DNA of 64,000 bases from NCBI GenBank assembly GCA_051294375.1, contig CM119263.1, positions 7,922,635 to 7,986,634 on the forward strand, written 5' to 3'. A program made the position numbers and the translations under genes. Under the pieces are notes generated by a model. The model saw nothing but the letters and a program-made list of their open reading frames with translations, ran no database searches and had not been told where the DNA came from. Shown here one piece after another: positions 27,163-50,958 of this stretch. Within the stretch, counting starts at the first letter, position 1. Each line of letters opens with the position of its first letter. Source of the stretch: Paraspadella gotoi. Its lineage: Eukaryota > Animalia > Chaetognatha.

Positions 27163-27726
27163 TCTCTCTCCGACCCCGTCTCTCTCGCTCTCAATTCGTC
27201 TTCTTTCCTTCTCTCGAGCGCTTCGTGGAAGGATTTCGGTTTAAACTTTTGTGGACGACGAATTTCTCGTTTGCATCGTCGTCATCGTCGTCGTCATCGT
27301 CGCCATCGTCTCGCGAAATCCTAGATTTTCTTCCTCTCTCTCTCTCATTCGTCCCGGAGAGACAGAGACAGAGACGCCGTCGAAGACATCGATTTTGAGA
27401 ATTATCTCCGCCCTCCCTTTAAAACTCAAACTCGCTCTCCTCTTCGTCGCTTTCGAGTCTTCCGCAAAATATTTTTTTTTCCTTCAAAAAAAAANNNNNN
27501 NNNNNNNNNNNNNNNNNNNNNNNNNNNNNNNNNNNNNNNNNNNNNNNNNNNNNNNNNNNNNNNNNNNNNNNNNNNNNNNNNNNNNNNNNNNNNNNNNNNN
27601 NNNNNNNNNNNNNNNNNNNNNNNNNNNNNNNNNNNNNNNNNNNNNNNNNNNNNNNNNNNNNNNNNNNNNNNNNNNNNNNNNNNNNNNNNNNNNNNNNNNN
27701 NNNNNNNNNNNNNNNNNNNNNNNNNC

Positions 27727-36752
<9,026 letters not shown>

Positions 36753-36797
36753 AAGCGAAAGCCTGGATTCGATGCCGCAGCGGGGAACGAACCGACG

Positions 36798-36848
<51 letters not shown>

Positions 36849-37315
36849 CTCTCACACACTCCCTGGGGCCTCCTCGGCAGCTGCTCCGAAAAAAAGGACG
36901 CTAAACCGGCGAAGGAGAGAGATAGAGAGAGGGAGAGAGAGAGAGAGAATCATAAGGGGACGCCTCTTCCTCTTCCCTCTCCCATTCACTCAACACTTTC
37001 GCCCTTTTTCAACCCGACGCGCTTCTCTCTCTCTCTCTCTCAAGGACTCGGGGGAGAGAGCGAAAAGGGAAACGAAAGAGCGAGAGGGAGAGAGAGAGTC
37101 AAGCAACGGTTCCTCCGTTCGTGGAAGTCATAACCCATCAAAATCCAGGTAAATACGAGATTGACTTCGCCAAATGTCAGGGTTTTTTTTTTTTAAGAGT
37201 TAAGCAATGATTGGTTTAGGGGGGTGTGTTAAGGGTTTAGGGGTGTTAAGAGAAAACTTTAAAAGAGTAAGGGGCGAAAATTTCGTCCCGTCGGGCTCGC
37301 CGACATTTGAAAGCG

Positions 37316-37381
<66 letters not shown>

Positions 37382-37990
37382 TCTCTCTCTCCCGGCTTTC
37401 GCGTAACCGGAGAAATTTCGACATTGGCGTCTGTGAGATTTAAAAAAAAAAAAAAAAAAAAAGAAAAAAAAATCTGGAAATAAAGCGTTCACCGCGCGAT
37501 GAAAAATAAAACCTTAATTCGAGACTAAAAACGAAATCGAAAGGAGAGCAAAGGTTCACGGATTTTGTCGTAAATCAGTCCAACGACCAGGAGGTTATCT
37601 CATCCGAAGAAGAGAGGTGAAAATGGAAAGGTGAAAATCGATACGTGAAAAATAAGAAAGGATAGGGGAAAAAATAAGAAGAAAGGCGAAAAGAAAAAAT
37701 AAAAGTCGAACGCTTTTTACGATCGTCCGGTTTCTTTGTATTCGATCATCCCCGTCAATTTCTCGATTCCACTCCCCCCCCCCTTTATCTTCTCTTCCTC
37801 TTCTCTCTCTCTTTACCTTCGATATTTGCATTTTGCAAAATATTTTTTTTTCCTTACGAAATCCCTTTCACCGAAATGTCTGTCGTCGCTTGGAAACCAT
37901 CAGCAAACAAGGGAACCTAACCTGGGCGCCGATGAGACCCGAGTAAAGATCCCGTCTTTGACTTTTACTCGAGTCTTAACCATTTATCAT

Positions 37991-38035
<45 letters not shown>

Positions 38036-38054
38036 CTCTTCTCTTCTCTCTTTT

Positions 38055-38094
<40 letters not shown>

Positions 38095-38171
38095 CCTCTC
38101 TCTCTCTCTTGGTTTGATTCTGGATGCTCTTTTAAGATGTCAATGATTCGGTCCGTCACATTCAAAGCCGC

Positions 38172-38203
<32 letters not shown>

Positions 38204-38688
38204 ATTCTCATCTGTCAAAGCGTCAACGCGGAACTAATAGAATCCCTGTCGCAAATGCAGGTCGTGAAAAAAGTTGTTTTCGAATTTGTTGTTCGACGCT
38301 TAATTTCCGTTTCTTAGCAACGAAGATCTTAGACGTATACACAGAAAGAAAGCGAGAGAGAGAAATAAAAAGAGAAAGAGAGAAAGAGAGATTTAATAAA
38401 AAGAAAAAGAAAAAAAAAAGAAAATGAAAGAGCAAGCAAGTAAACAAGCTATTGATGCTATTGAATAAAAAAGTCTAGAGATACGAGACAAAAGACGTTA
38501 ATCGATTTTTTATGAGGAATTTTTTTTTATTTGAGATGGAGGATTCTTTAGCCAAGGGTCAAAAGATTTGGGGACCAGAGACGAAGAAATTCTCTTTACA
38601 TTGAATACGATAAAAAGTCGAGCCCAGTTATCCGGTGTTTGCGAAGCGATTATCCCTTTCACCCCAGAATCAAAACATCCATTACGTA

Positions 38689-38727
<39 letters not shown>

Positions 38728-40631
38728 GTTGGCTTCTGTAGGACTCTCTCTCTTCCCTCTCACTCTCCCTCTCACGAAATAATTTCCGTGTCCAAAATAA
38801 ACAGGATGGAAAGTTTGACCCGGGATCAAAATCGGGAATTTGTTTTCGAGGCAGAATGAATCAGTGAATGAATCAGTGAAAGCGAAATCGAGGCTGGTGA
38901 GACATTCGGAGGAGGCATTGTGATTCCGTGATTCCTTTGAGTCAGTGAATGGAGATTGACCAAGTGCCCGAGGGAAGGGAAGAATCGAAGACGCAGCCCG
39001 CGGTGAGGTAAAGGGAGGAAATAAAGGGTAAGGAAACTCTCGATTCTGGAGAGAAGAAATTCCATTTCGTTCCATCTGTTCTCTTATTTCCAGTTGTTTT
39101 TTTTTCGCGGGAAAAAGTGGTGAATCGACTCACCTCGGATCTCCCTAACTTTTTTCGCCTCTTTCTTTTTTCACTCTCACCCTCACCCACCCTTTTTTCC
39201 CCTCCGACTCGTCGCCAACACCTCAACCTTTTTCCCCCTTTCTTTTTAGTCGAAGATTATCTCCTCCCACGTGTTCGGCCCCTACAATATCCCCTCATTT
39301 TTCAGTTCGCGAGTTTCATTCAATATTTTTTTTATTATTATAAAAAAAACTTTTGTTTGTTTTTCTTTTCCAAATTTTTTTTTAGGAGATTCGATGTCAT
39401 TGTTTCGCTTCGTGATGTCAAACAATACGTTGCTATTTTTTTATTTCGTGATCCGCAACAATGCCACTCTTCCTTTTTTTTACTGCGTGAGGCGAGACAA
39501 TGCTACGGTTTTTTTTCTTGCACATATAACGTGAGGATTAAGGGATATGGAAATTTATATCAACGCTTTTTATCAACGCTATTAATATGTTACTAAAACG
39601 TCATAACATTGGTTGTGAGGAGATGATTAGGAAGATGGCTCTAAAAAAAGACTTGTTCAAGTAAAAATTATATTTAATTTATATTTTACGGATATCGTTT
39701 TTTTAAAAAAATGGTTTAAATCGTCGCCGCTTTAAATTTAATAGCGACGAAGAGACAACTCAATGACGTTAAACTAGACAACAACAACAACCAATCGACG
39801 ATGGACGAGTTCCAAAGAATGTTTCGTCGTTGTCGTCGTCGTCGTCATCGTCTCCGTCATCGTCTCCATCGTCGCCTCTCGTTAAAGAGCCTTCAATCGA
39901 CGACTGGCGATGCCCTTGGGGATGACCACCCCTTTTGGCAGGGATTCGAATTCACCCCCACCGGCCCCCCCCAACTTTTGGCATAAAATCAAATCCTCTT
40001 TTTCAACTTCCTCCTTCAACTATTAACCCAACTGTTTATTCTCAGCGTCTTCCACAACCAAATTCACCCCAACACCCTTCTTGATATTTTACATTTTCAA
40101 AGCATCGATCTACTTGCCCCCCCGCCCCAGCCTCCACCCCTTGGGTTTATCTTATCAACAACATTGTCTTTAATGTCTGTTCCCCTCTTTCCCTTCTCGG
40201 ATTTTGATGTCCTTGGAAAATCAAAATTCTTGAAGCTCCTGACCCAATTTTTTAAAGTCTGATGTCTGGACTGAACGGCGAAAAGGGTGGGCGGGGGTTG
40301 TTGATAAAGTGGTAGTCAAACTGTGGGGAAAGTGGTTATTGTAGTCGAAGTGGAATCGGCCCCGCCCCCAAATTTTGTGAGGTATAAATTTGACGTAAAC
40401 GAGTTTTTCTCTTGTAATTTGTCGTCGTCGTTTTTCGCTCGTTTGGTGATTAGTTTGTACCGCGATTCGTACGGTCGGGCAAAGGAGAAGTTTTAGGGTT
40501 CAGCGTTCTCGAGTTCGCGGCTCATTAAAGGCTTAAAAAAATGTTGTTGTTGAGAGGAGATGAAAAAAAGATCTTGTTAATTTTTTTGAGGGGAAAATTT
40601 TTGAACCAGGGTACAGAGAGAAGAGAGAGAG

Positions 40632-40662
<31 letters not shown>

Positions 40663-41507
40663 AGAGAGAAAAGAGGAAGAGAAGAGAGAGGAGAGAGAGA
40701 GAGAGAAGATTTTTTACCACAAGAACATATCAGAAAAAGATTTTTTGATTTTCACGCCGATAAAAATTTTAATCCTTAAATACCCTTTTTGAAAGACGCA
40801 GATTTTTCGAAAAGACAGTGCACAAAAGGCCGCGAAGAAGAAAAAAAAGTTTTTTCTTAATCCCTTCAAAGTTTTTTCAGGTGTTTAGCGAACATAAATT
40901 GAGAAAGAAAAAAAAAAGAGGTATATAACTGTCGAAGGTTCTTCAGTACACCTGTTTTGAGAACGTAAATAAACAAGAGCAAAACCTTTATCTTTAAAAA
41001 AAATATTTCTATGATTTTTTGGTTTTATTTTTATTTTTCCTGCGGCATTAGCCTAGTACAATTGTGGTCCGAGATGGTTGAATTACTATTATTTCGCTCT
41101 TTTCCGTCGTATAAACTATTGAGCATTTGTTATTCCTCCTTCATTCTTAAACCACTTAATAACTTCCTCTCTCTATCACTCTCATTCTTTACTTCTTTCC
41201 TTCTTCCTTCCCTTCTTCTCCTCTCCTTCACCTCTCCTCCTTCCGCTCACGAAATCGCGCTCACTCGTCGTCCTCTTCCACCAAATGTCGCAAGATTCGC
41301 GAGAAGAAAGAAAGTCACGTTTCCTCCTTCACGCGATTATGAGGTCGCGCGTTCGATTCCCCGTCCCCCACATTTTTCGATTGTTTTCTTACTCTCGCTT
41401 TCTTTCTTTTTTTTTTAATCACGAGCCGACGTTTTTCTCGTAAGAGGTTCAAATCACGTGATAGAATGTTTCCGCCTTTGTCTCACTTTCTCCGCTCTCT
41501 CTCTCTC

Positions 41508-41562
<55 letters not shown>

Positions 41563-42163
41563 CTTCTCTCCTCTCTCTCTTCCTCTTTCGGCAATCTGTG
41601 ATCCTTGCAATGTCGCATCTGCCATCTATTCGCGGCAAGGGGGAAAAGAGGGGGGGGAGACTGAACCCCCTTCTTGCGTCCCTCCCAACTCGGCGGAGGC
41701 CGAGGTTTAAATCCTCCCCCCCCTCCGACCCCCTGTTCCATCTGGTCACGTGTTTTAAGCAAGGAGGAAGCGGAGGGGGAAGAAACAAGGAGGGAGCGAC
41801 AAGAAAGACAAAGATGGGAGGAGGAGACGACAACCGGGGACATCCAGGACAATTCTTTGTCGTCTCTGACCGAAAACTGAAACTTAGACTCGAAATGGAG
41901 AAGAAAAAAAAAGGGAAAAGCGTCAAAGGAAAAAAAAATAGAGCGATGTCAAAAAAAAAAATGTTCTCTCCCTCCCTCTCTCTTCTCTTCTTTGTTCTCT
42001 CTGCAACACCCTCTGGTTTATCTGGTCTCGATGGCTCCTTTTTCTCTCTCCAACTTTGCAAAAACTTCAAACTTTTTGTCCAGTTTTTATTCATCCAAAT
42101 AAAAATCTCAGGTTTCGATTTTTTTTTTGGGGGGGGGTTATTACCCCTTAGTCTGTTTCACTT

Positions 42164-42194
<31 letters not shown>

Positions 42195-42584
42195 TTTTTT
42201 CTCTCTCTCTCTCCCTCCCCATCTTTCTCTCTTTTTTTAATATTTTGACTGGTTCTCTGGTTATCATCAACCCGGATTGAAAACATCTCTTGGGGTTTGA
42301 GATACATCACGATAGATGATAAACTTCATCCATTTTCTTGCGGGAGAGAGATTTGGCATGAGGGGGGTAAAGCGTCGTAGGTTAATTGGGAGTAAGGGGT
42401 AAGGCTTAGGGGGGGCCGAGGGGAGGGAGAAAGGGGGGAAAATCTAAATCTTCTTTGTTTCTTCGTCTCGTCTTGTTTTTTCGTGGGGTTAATTTTGTTA
42501 TCGCTCGATCCAAACTTAGTTGGGGTCTGTCCGCTTTTGGTTTTTCGATCAACCAAATCGATTTTGATTCGTTAAAACAGAGGA

Positions 42585-42622
<38 letters not shown>

Positions 42623-45600
42623 AATGGCGAGACATGGGGCGAGGTCTGATTCCCATGGACCGGGTTATATTTTTAGAGAAAAAGAAAAATAAATTCTCCT
42701 GCGTGTGTCATGGTTCTTGTTGGTTTTCTTCGTCAATTTAGAACGGATTTTTGTCCTTCTGTGTCCCAGCTTTTCTCCTTGTCGCGTCCGTCCTCTATCT
42801 CTCTGATTCGCTTTTCTTTTCTTCTCTTGTTGTCCTTTTTTTCTTTATTCTTCGCTCTTTTCTTTTTTTTTTCCATCTTCTTCTTTGTGCCTCTTCTGCT
42901 TTCGGAATGATACTCGGTTTGCTAGCGGAAAGATTGCAGAGACAAGAGAGAGAAAAATGGAAAGAAAAGAAGGAAAGGGGAGGAAGAGGGGGAAGAGGAG
43001 GAGGAGGAAGGGAGGGGAATTTGATAGAAAAGGCGGGAAGAGAGGGGAAAAACAGGAGAGGGGAAGGGAGGGTTGAAAGAAGAAAGAGATAAATAAATAA
43101 CAGATCGACGTATGTACAGGAGAGAGGAAAAGTCCAGTGACTGCTTTGTCTAATTGGATTGATTGTACGAATGTAAGTAAATCGCTTGAGTGGGGGAGAG
43201 TTTTCTTGTTTATCTTTAGTAAGTTTAATTTTTAAATATAATACATCCTATATTTTTTAAGCAAAATGCCGGCTGACCGAAGTCCAAAAGAGGAGGAAGA
43301 TATTAATAGGTAAAGGATTAAATACGTAGCAGTACGTAGCACCTCGTAAGTTGAAAACCAGATTGGAAAACACTGACAAGTCCTCACATTGAATTTAAAA
43401 AAAAAGAATAGATATTTGCCTTTTTATTGGTTTTTTTTTTAAATTAGGTTATATATTGCTCACGATTGCTTTTTGATATATTCTTCTTCAGTTTTGATCT
43501 AAGGTCAGTATTGACATACTCATAATAAATTTTAGTTCAAAGTCTAACAATTTTCCTCTCTCTCTCGTCTCGTCGCTCTTCGGCCTCCCTCCCTCATTCT
43601 CTCTCTCTCTCTTCTCAGTCTCTCTGGCTCAAATTCTGTGATCTCGACTCTGCGCTTCCTGATCTCGGTTTCTCTCCTCTCTCTCTCTCTCTCTTCCCTC
43701 TCCTCTCTCTCGTCAGTCATGCGAGTCATCATGCTATCTCTCTCTCTCTCACCTATACTGCTCTCTCTCCTCACTTTTTTCTCTTCTACGAAATTGGTTT
43801 GTTAATCGAGGGGCATTTTTCCTTTCGCGCTATGTGACGAGAAGCGACATGATTTATTATTATTATAGAGAAAAAGGAGGAGGAGTTATCCGCCTTACGA
43901 ACTCCGCCATTTTGTTGTCAAGTCGTGTTTGTTTTATACGTTTATTTTTTGTTTTATGGTTTTTAGTCGGTGTTCATATGTTGTATGGCTGGTGGTAAAA
44001 ACGGAGAAATTTTCCACAAACGTAATGTAGCACTTTTGATATTTTAATAATATTCATTTTTTTTATACAATACCCTTTTTTTTTACGCATATGCCAAATT
44101 ATTGTTTGCCCTTGAGAACGTGTCCGTCGTCTCGTCACATTCAACTTCAAACTTGTATCCATTGTAGAATCGACTCGGCGTTTCTGAATACAATTTAATA
44201 TGATAAATAAGAGGGAGCTTGAAAACTATAAGCGGCGAAGCGAACTTCTCAATTTTGTTTCGAGCGCAGAATCAAGTGCACAATACATCTCAACCAATGA
44301 ACACAAATGCGTAGTGGTGATAATAGTTGCTAGTCAATTCGATAATAGTTGTTCATTGGAATAGGTTCTTCTATCGAAAATGAGATACTTGGATGTATAA
44401 AAACTACTTTTTTTATTTCCTCAATTTTCCATATACATAGTACTTACGCATAGAAAATGCGTCAAAATTGTTAAAAAATAGTTTTTTTTAGTTTTGAAAG
44501 TCAGATTCGAAACTCCCTCATAAAAATTTGATAGAGATGAGGATATAAGTCGTAATGCAAAAATTCTTTTATTAAGTTAACTAAAAGTTTTGTTAAGAAA
44601 ATTTGTATAACAAAATTAAATTTATATTTAACTATAAACAGTTTTTTAGGATTTTGACCCATTAATGAGAAATAATTTTCTAAAGAGAGTTGCCTTCTTT
44701 TTTATACTTAAAAAAAAAGAAGAAAAATCCATATGTATAAATATGGGCCGTAAGGCAAAAATTTAAAAAAATAAAAAGTATGAATTTATTTTTTATTTAA
44801 AAAAATGTTCACAGTAACAAGCCTGCTCACGAAATTTTTAATTCAACTGTGATTTAATATTTTTGTGCCCTACGCATTTAGTGGACACTGAGAGCACTGC
44901 AGAAAGAAACAGGGAAAGAGATGCGGCATGGAAAGAATGCCTTGTTCTGTTCTCGATTTCGTTGAGTATTCGCCATTATGGTTATGATATTAGATAGGGG
45001 AGATGGAATATATATAGTGATCACATGAGCGTATCGTGTTAATTGAGAATCGTAGCAAACAACTTGAGGTTGAAAGGAAAATGCGTCCTTGTCGGCGAAA
45101 TACAGGAGATATCCATTGGGAGTGTTCGTCGAGTCGTCGGTCGAGTTTTTCTCGTCCGGTCTTGCTCATTGGTCTTCTGTCGTCGTGTCGGCGGGTTTTC
45201 CTCGGCGCTCGTCGTGGGTCGGATCTGGTCGTTCTTCGGTCGTAATCGCGCGCGCATGCGCGTACGTCACAGAGTCGTCTCTCCGAGTCGTCGTCGTCGA
45301 GAGGTCGAAGTCGTCGACTCCATCTTGAACTATCCGACGGGTTAATCGAAACTCCGTGGTAGGGGGGGGCGCGCTGACATCCACGCCCAAAATCCATAAC
45401 CGGTTATTAGCTGTAGTCAGATTGTTGACGTTCGCTGCAACGGTATAGTTCAGGTTCGCCGGTTTCTGAGCCCGTGTTCAACCGGGAAAGGACTGTACAC
45501 GGAGTAGCGCCGGAAAGGAAAAGTGTTATGGGGGAAATCGTAAGGTCGATTATTGTCGGCGATTTAGACGCCGTCTGATCACTGTAGCCACGTTCGACGT

Positions 45601-46953
45601 CCAATATGGCGCGAAAATTGGAAAGTGAGAAGAAAAAGGAAGACGCGTGTCGGAGTTGGATTGGGAGTGGCGTGAATTTTGAATGGAGAGGGGAGTGGAT
45701 AAGACAGTGAGATCGTGTTGTTGTTACTCTAACGAGAGAGATTGGCTTTGAAAGGATAGTACTACATATCAAGAAAAGGCCTGACATATACTTTTTGGTC
45801 CAGCCCAAATCGGAGGTTTGATGATTCGGGATTAATAATTTTTTCATATTCCTTCATTACGGGATTACAATATATTAGGTATCAATTCCGCTTTTGCGCA
45901 TAGTAATTTCCGGCAATAAGTTCCTTATTTATTTTGGCTTCTTATTTTTATACTGGTAGATTCATTAATTAATTTATATTAAGTTTGTATGAGTGGTTTT
46001 GAGTTAATAAATAAAAATTATGAGGAGAGAAAAAAATAATGAAAATTCAGTTCATCGTAAGGAATCCGAGTTTATTTTTTTTGAGAGTATCAAATCAAAA
46101 TGAAAGAGCGAAAGTTTGAATTCGTTAAATTCAAGTTTTGAATGTTGCGAGGTCACAAATTTTCAAAATGTCTTGTTGGATTTCTCGCCCTCGTCGTTCG
46201 ATGTGTACTCTCGAAGCCTTCACAGATTTTACGGCTTCCAATTCACGGCGAGGACATTTTTCTAACTTTTTTTTAGTCATGCTTTTTTATGCTTTTTTTA
46301 ATCGCTTTTACTAACCGGTTCCATTCTTCTTTTAACCCCAACTTGTTCTGTCCGTCGGTCGGTCAGTCCTGTCCATCGGTCTTCCAACTTAAGTTTAAAA
46401 TGCTCTATAACTCAGGGAATACTGATTATTACTTAAACTAGTAAAAAAAATGTTACCCATAAGATGCAAAATATGCATAAGTTTTTATACTTGTGCAGTA
46501 ACTAAAATCGTTGGGAAATGCGTGTAGGAAAGTTACCGGTACTAGAGTGCGTATCTTTACCGTGCCTTTTGCTCACCCTGTCTTACAAATTTTTCCCCCT
46601 TTCTCTCACCGCTCAATTCTTTTCCCCCCGTCGCCCAACCCTCTCCCTCCGCGCTTAAACCTGGTGCCCCGAACCCACCACTCCCCTCCCCAACCCCGTC
46701 TCCCCGCTTTCGAGTCCCAGGTGCGAGTGAGAAAGATTCGAAGTCTCCGTCGGGACTTTAACTTCGCCGACAAATTTATGTTCTTGAAAGCGACGAAACA
46801 TATAATCCCGACGCCGTTTTCCCCGTCACCCCTTTGCATTCCCACTTTGTCTCTGTCTCTGTCGTTTATCGCTTTTCTTGAGTGTCGCTTCAAATATCTT
46901 TTTTTTTTTAGGGAGAGAGAAGAGAGAAAGAGAGAGAGAGAAAGAGAGAGAGA

Positions 46954-47008
<55 letters not shown>

Positions 47009-47446
47009 AAACAATATCATTATCTAACAATAGAGATCGAAAAAAATTGATAAAAAAAGTAACTCGATTTTCCGACTTCAAACAATGATGAATTTAATTA
47101 ACGGAAAAAAGAAAAGTAAAATCATTTCAACGAAAAAACCGAAACAAGACTTTTTTGGGGGGTTGCGATAAGGTTAAGCTGAACCGCCGAATAGAGGGAA
47201 CAAATCATCCTTGATAGGATACGTCATTTCCTGACGCGGGGCGGGCGACGACGACGACGACCCCTACAAAGCTAAGACGCTTGCGGATGAGGCGTGTCGC
47301 CGGCGAAAGATTCTTCCCTTAGCGCAACGTCCTTTTTTCTTTGAGGCAAAAACGTCGCAGTCCGTTGTGCAAAAACGCGAGTTGCGCGAATCCCTGGGGA
47401 AATTGTATTGAATTTTATGTTCATTATAGGTTTCAATTAGAGGTAA

Positions 47447-47660
47447 GTCCTATTATGTATAGACTTTCAATTTCGTTGTTTTAGAGATTTAGTAAAACGT
47501 TTATTTGGATTGTAGCAACGAATTTTTTGATAGATAAGTTTCGGACATGTTTCGACTCTTACAGTTTTAGAGTCGTCATCAGCACTTGCTGATGAGAAAA
47601 CCTGTCCGAACTTATCTTGTCAAAAAATTCGTTGCTACAATCCAAAATAAAACTGTTTTA
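47447..47660 (-). mobile_element. Miniature hairpin Penelope-like element, copy B, opposite orientation
   Basis: Inverted arms about 47494-47553 and 47596-47658. The tail is on the left and reads ctctaaaacaacgaaattgaaag on the minus strand. TSD AAT(T/A)AGAGGTAA (11/12 match) at 47435-47446 and 47661-47672. The centre reads tcatcagca-ct-tgctgatga. Confidence 0.72.
47544..47582 (-). ncRNA. Minimal type I hammerhead ribozyme core (copy B)
   Basis: The minus strand reads CUGAUGA-C-GACUCU(aaaacugua)AGAGUC-GAAA-CAUGUC. Stem II differs in sequence from copy A but pairing is kept. Confidence 0.72.
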
Positions 47661-50600
47661 AATAAGAGGTAAAAGTTTAAAATTTGGAATCCTAGATTTG
47701 ACAATAATTTTTTTTCTCACAAAAATGGAAATAAGAAACTCTGCAAAGAATCAAACAAACTTTTTAAAATGTGAGATAATTTTTGGAAGCCTCTAATAAT
47801 GAATTAATATCGTTGTATCCATCTTTTATGGTAAGTCGAACACGTTCTCGCCCTGACTCCCCCCCCTCGACAACACTCCATCACCGCTTCATCACCCTCT
47901 GGCCGGGCCCACACAACATCCCCGTAAGTTAAGCTCCGTCGTCAGCCCTTTTGACCCAGAACAATAACTGTTCGTCTTGCAGTTGTTGGATCTTCGCTTG
48001 GCGCCGTTACAGATGGGCGGCACCATGGCGAGGACCCAAGAGAACGCGGGACGTAGTCAATGGCGACGCTGGAGCGCGCCCCGCGCAATCCCGGCGTGGC
48101 GTCTTCGTGGTTGTTTGATCGCGGAAGATGGGCGCTGATTATGTAAAGGCGAATTGGTAAAAAGTCGAGATATAAGTGGAATGTTTAAAAAAGGGAATAA
48201 GGAATCGTGCGCTTTATTTCTCCAGAGATTATATAGACGACAATTTTCTCTTTACATATTCTTTCTTTTTCATTTCTTATTTGTTCAATTTTTTGCTTAC
48301 GATTTTTACCCTTTTTCTTTACATTCTAACATTCATTTTTTTTTGTCCTTTACATACTTGCAATTTCCTTTTTTAATTCATTTTCATTTTTCATTTTTCA
48401 TGCCTTTTTGTTTTTCATCTTTTTATTTTATCCTTACATCCTTTCCGACTCGTCCCTTATTTTAACTCAACTTGAATCAAATCCTGTATCCGGCGAAAAC
48501 GCTCCACGTGTGAAAGGGGCCAAAGAGGGCGAGAGATGGGAAGAGAGTAAAAAAAAAAAAAATTTAAGAAGAAAGAGAAATGTAATTGGTAAAGGTATGG
48601 AGAGAGAGTGATTAAGTCGTGAGAAGGATGTAGAATAAAAATCAAAGAATCACCGCAATTGAATTTAAAGGTCCGAAACGAAGAACGGTTTAAAGTGTTT
48701 ATGCAAAGGGTCAAAAAAAAGAAGAAAGGGTGGTCCACCACAGTCCACAGTTTATCTTTTCTTAATTTTTTCGCGCCCGTTTTGGTCTCTGCTCCTCTCC
48801 TCCTCTCTCTTCTCCTCTCTCATCCTCCCTCTCTCTCTCTCCCATCTCCCCTCTCTCTCTCTCTCTAATCTGCTCTCTCTCTCTCTCTTCCTCTCTCTCT
48901 CTTCCTTCTCTCCTCTCTCTCTCTCTCTCTCTCCTCTCTTAACCCCCCTCACGGCGCGTTTTCCCACATTTTTTATCGTCATCTCATCATCGGCCCAACC
49001 GCTTAACCGCGCCATTGCACTGCCGAGCGGCGCTTGTCGTCGAAACCTCTGCACCTGTCGAATTCGATTCGTCGTTACGAAAGCGTTTCATTGTCGTCCC
49101 GCGAACTCGTCGGTCATCGTCGGCAATTATTGGGGGGGAAAAAAGTGAATCAGTGAATTTGGATGTTGGCGACGACGACGAACGACGAACGACGGAAATT
49201 GATGAAAGAGAAACGACAAGGTTTTATGACTTGCGATGATAAAGGGGAGTTGCAGGAGAAAATGAGGTTTGACGAAGGAGATGGAAAAGGAGGAGGAGGA
49301 GAAAAAGAGGAAGGAGGAGGAGGAAGGAGGAAGAGGAGGAGGAGGAAGAGGCAGGTGGAAGTAGAAGAATAAACCTAATAGTGTAAGGGAGGGAGGTAGA
49401 AAAAGAGGCGAAGTTTAAGAAAAGCGAAAAAGCAAAAATAACAACGTTAAATAAGAGTTAAAGAAATGGAGAGAGAGAAGCATAATTGATTAATAAAGAG
49501 AAGTAAGTATATATTCTAGTCATAGCTCTCTTGACAAAAGGCTTTTCGTAGCACTGGCCCTCGTTAGTAGTTATAAATTTGTCTATTTTAATATTAAGAA
49601 GGAAGTGACGAGAAATAGTTGAAGGAATATAATTACAAGTATAAGGAAAAGTAAACTGGAAGGTTTGATCAATTATAAACGGGAAAAAGAACTTATCTGT
49701 GTGAACGGGAGTTTTAGAAAAATTGAGAAAAATACAGTAGTTAATTAAATTAATTCATAGAAGCGGAAGTGGTGAATAAAATGGGAGGGTGGAAAAGAGA
49801 AAACAGTGAAAAAAATCCTGAGGGCAGATTGGAAGGAATGGAATGGAGGTATAGAGGAAGAAGAAAAGAAGGAAGCTAACGTCTGTCATGACAACGCGAG
49901 GAAATGCAGATCGAGATGAAAAAAAAAGAGGCGATCGCTTGTGCCGCCGTGACACGAAAAACTTTGTGAACGTCGTTGGGCCTACGTAAAGGTCACAATA
50001 ATGATTCAAAGGATTAATCAGGTTGTCATTTGGTTTCAAGTTACAATTGGCAAAACACCTTTTTTTCTTTGGCGAAATATGGCTGAAGGGCTACAAATGA
50101 GACTCGCATTCAAAACGGATCTTGCTGTAATGAATCCTATTTAAAACGAGTTGGATTCTTTTGATAACTTTCATTCGCGTTGTTTTAAAAATTCTCTTTT
50201 TTTTACAAATTTGAATATATTTTCTTTTGATTTATCTCTTTCATTTCCTTTCTTTCCTACTTCTTATTTCATTTTTCACCCTTCTTCTCTCTTTCAACCA
50301 TTTTTTTTTTAAATTCGTCCCCTTCTCTTTCTTTTTCTTTTTTCTTTTCTCCCGCTTCCTCTTTTTTTTCTTTTCTCTTTCCTTTTCTTTTTCCTCGCCC
50401 ATTTCTGTTCTCCATTCGGATCACGTCATTTTATCTCATCTCAGTAAATGACTTAATGATCACCTCTGTAAAACGCATGCTCTTCGAATCCCTCCCCTTC
50501 GGGGTCTTATCTTCTGCTACTTTGCTTTCTTTTTCTTTCTTTCTTACTTTCACTTCCTTCTTTCATTTCTTTATCGCTTTCTTTTTTTCTTCTCTTTTCT

Positions 50601-50769
50601 TTTTCTCTCTTTCGTTTTTCTTTCTTTTTTCTCTCCCTTTTTTTTATTTCTTTTTTCATTTTTTTTTCTTTCCTTTCTTCTTCATTTTAAAATGTCTCTT
50701 CAGCCAACGAAGAGGCGCGGATCGCCAAGACACTCTACAACTCAGTTATATAAATATAGTTCTATTTTA

Positions 50770-50958
50770 GAGAATTGACAAAAGTTTTTTGTTTGCAACG
50801 AATTTTATTTATAGTTGAACACATGTTTCGACTTGTTTTACAAGCTTCATCAGCGCAAGTCGAAACCATGTGTTCAACTATAAATAAAAATCTTTGCAAA
50901 CAAAAACTTTGTCAAGTTCTCTAATTAATAGTAACAAGAAAAAGAAAGGATTAACTCA
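50770..50958 (+). mobile_element. Miniature hairpin Penelope-like element, copy C, with degenerate hammerhead core
   Basis: Inverted arms of about 68 bp (from 50767 ttagagaattgacaaaag... to ...ctttgtcaagttctctaa 50924). Tail aacaagaaaaagaaaggattaactc. TSD up to 14 bp, ATAGTTCTATTTTA, at 50756-50769 and 50959-50972. The minus strand of 50820-50853 reads CUGAUGA-AGCUUG(uaaaa)CAAGUC-GAAA-CAUGUG (GUG triplet, probably inactive). Confidence 0.8.

Noticed and set aside
41454-42248. Long ORFs (260 and 203 aa) and many similar SLSL, RERE, TTTT or X-run ORFs across the window
   Set aside because: They are open only because of microsatellites, low complexity or N gaps.
43900-45700. Non-repetitive blocks with short open frames and an E2F-like GGCGCGAAAA near 45608
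   Set aside because: Could not build a consistent gene model or recognise a domain, tRNA or other RNA.
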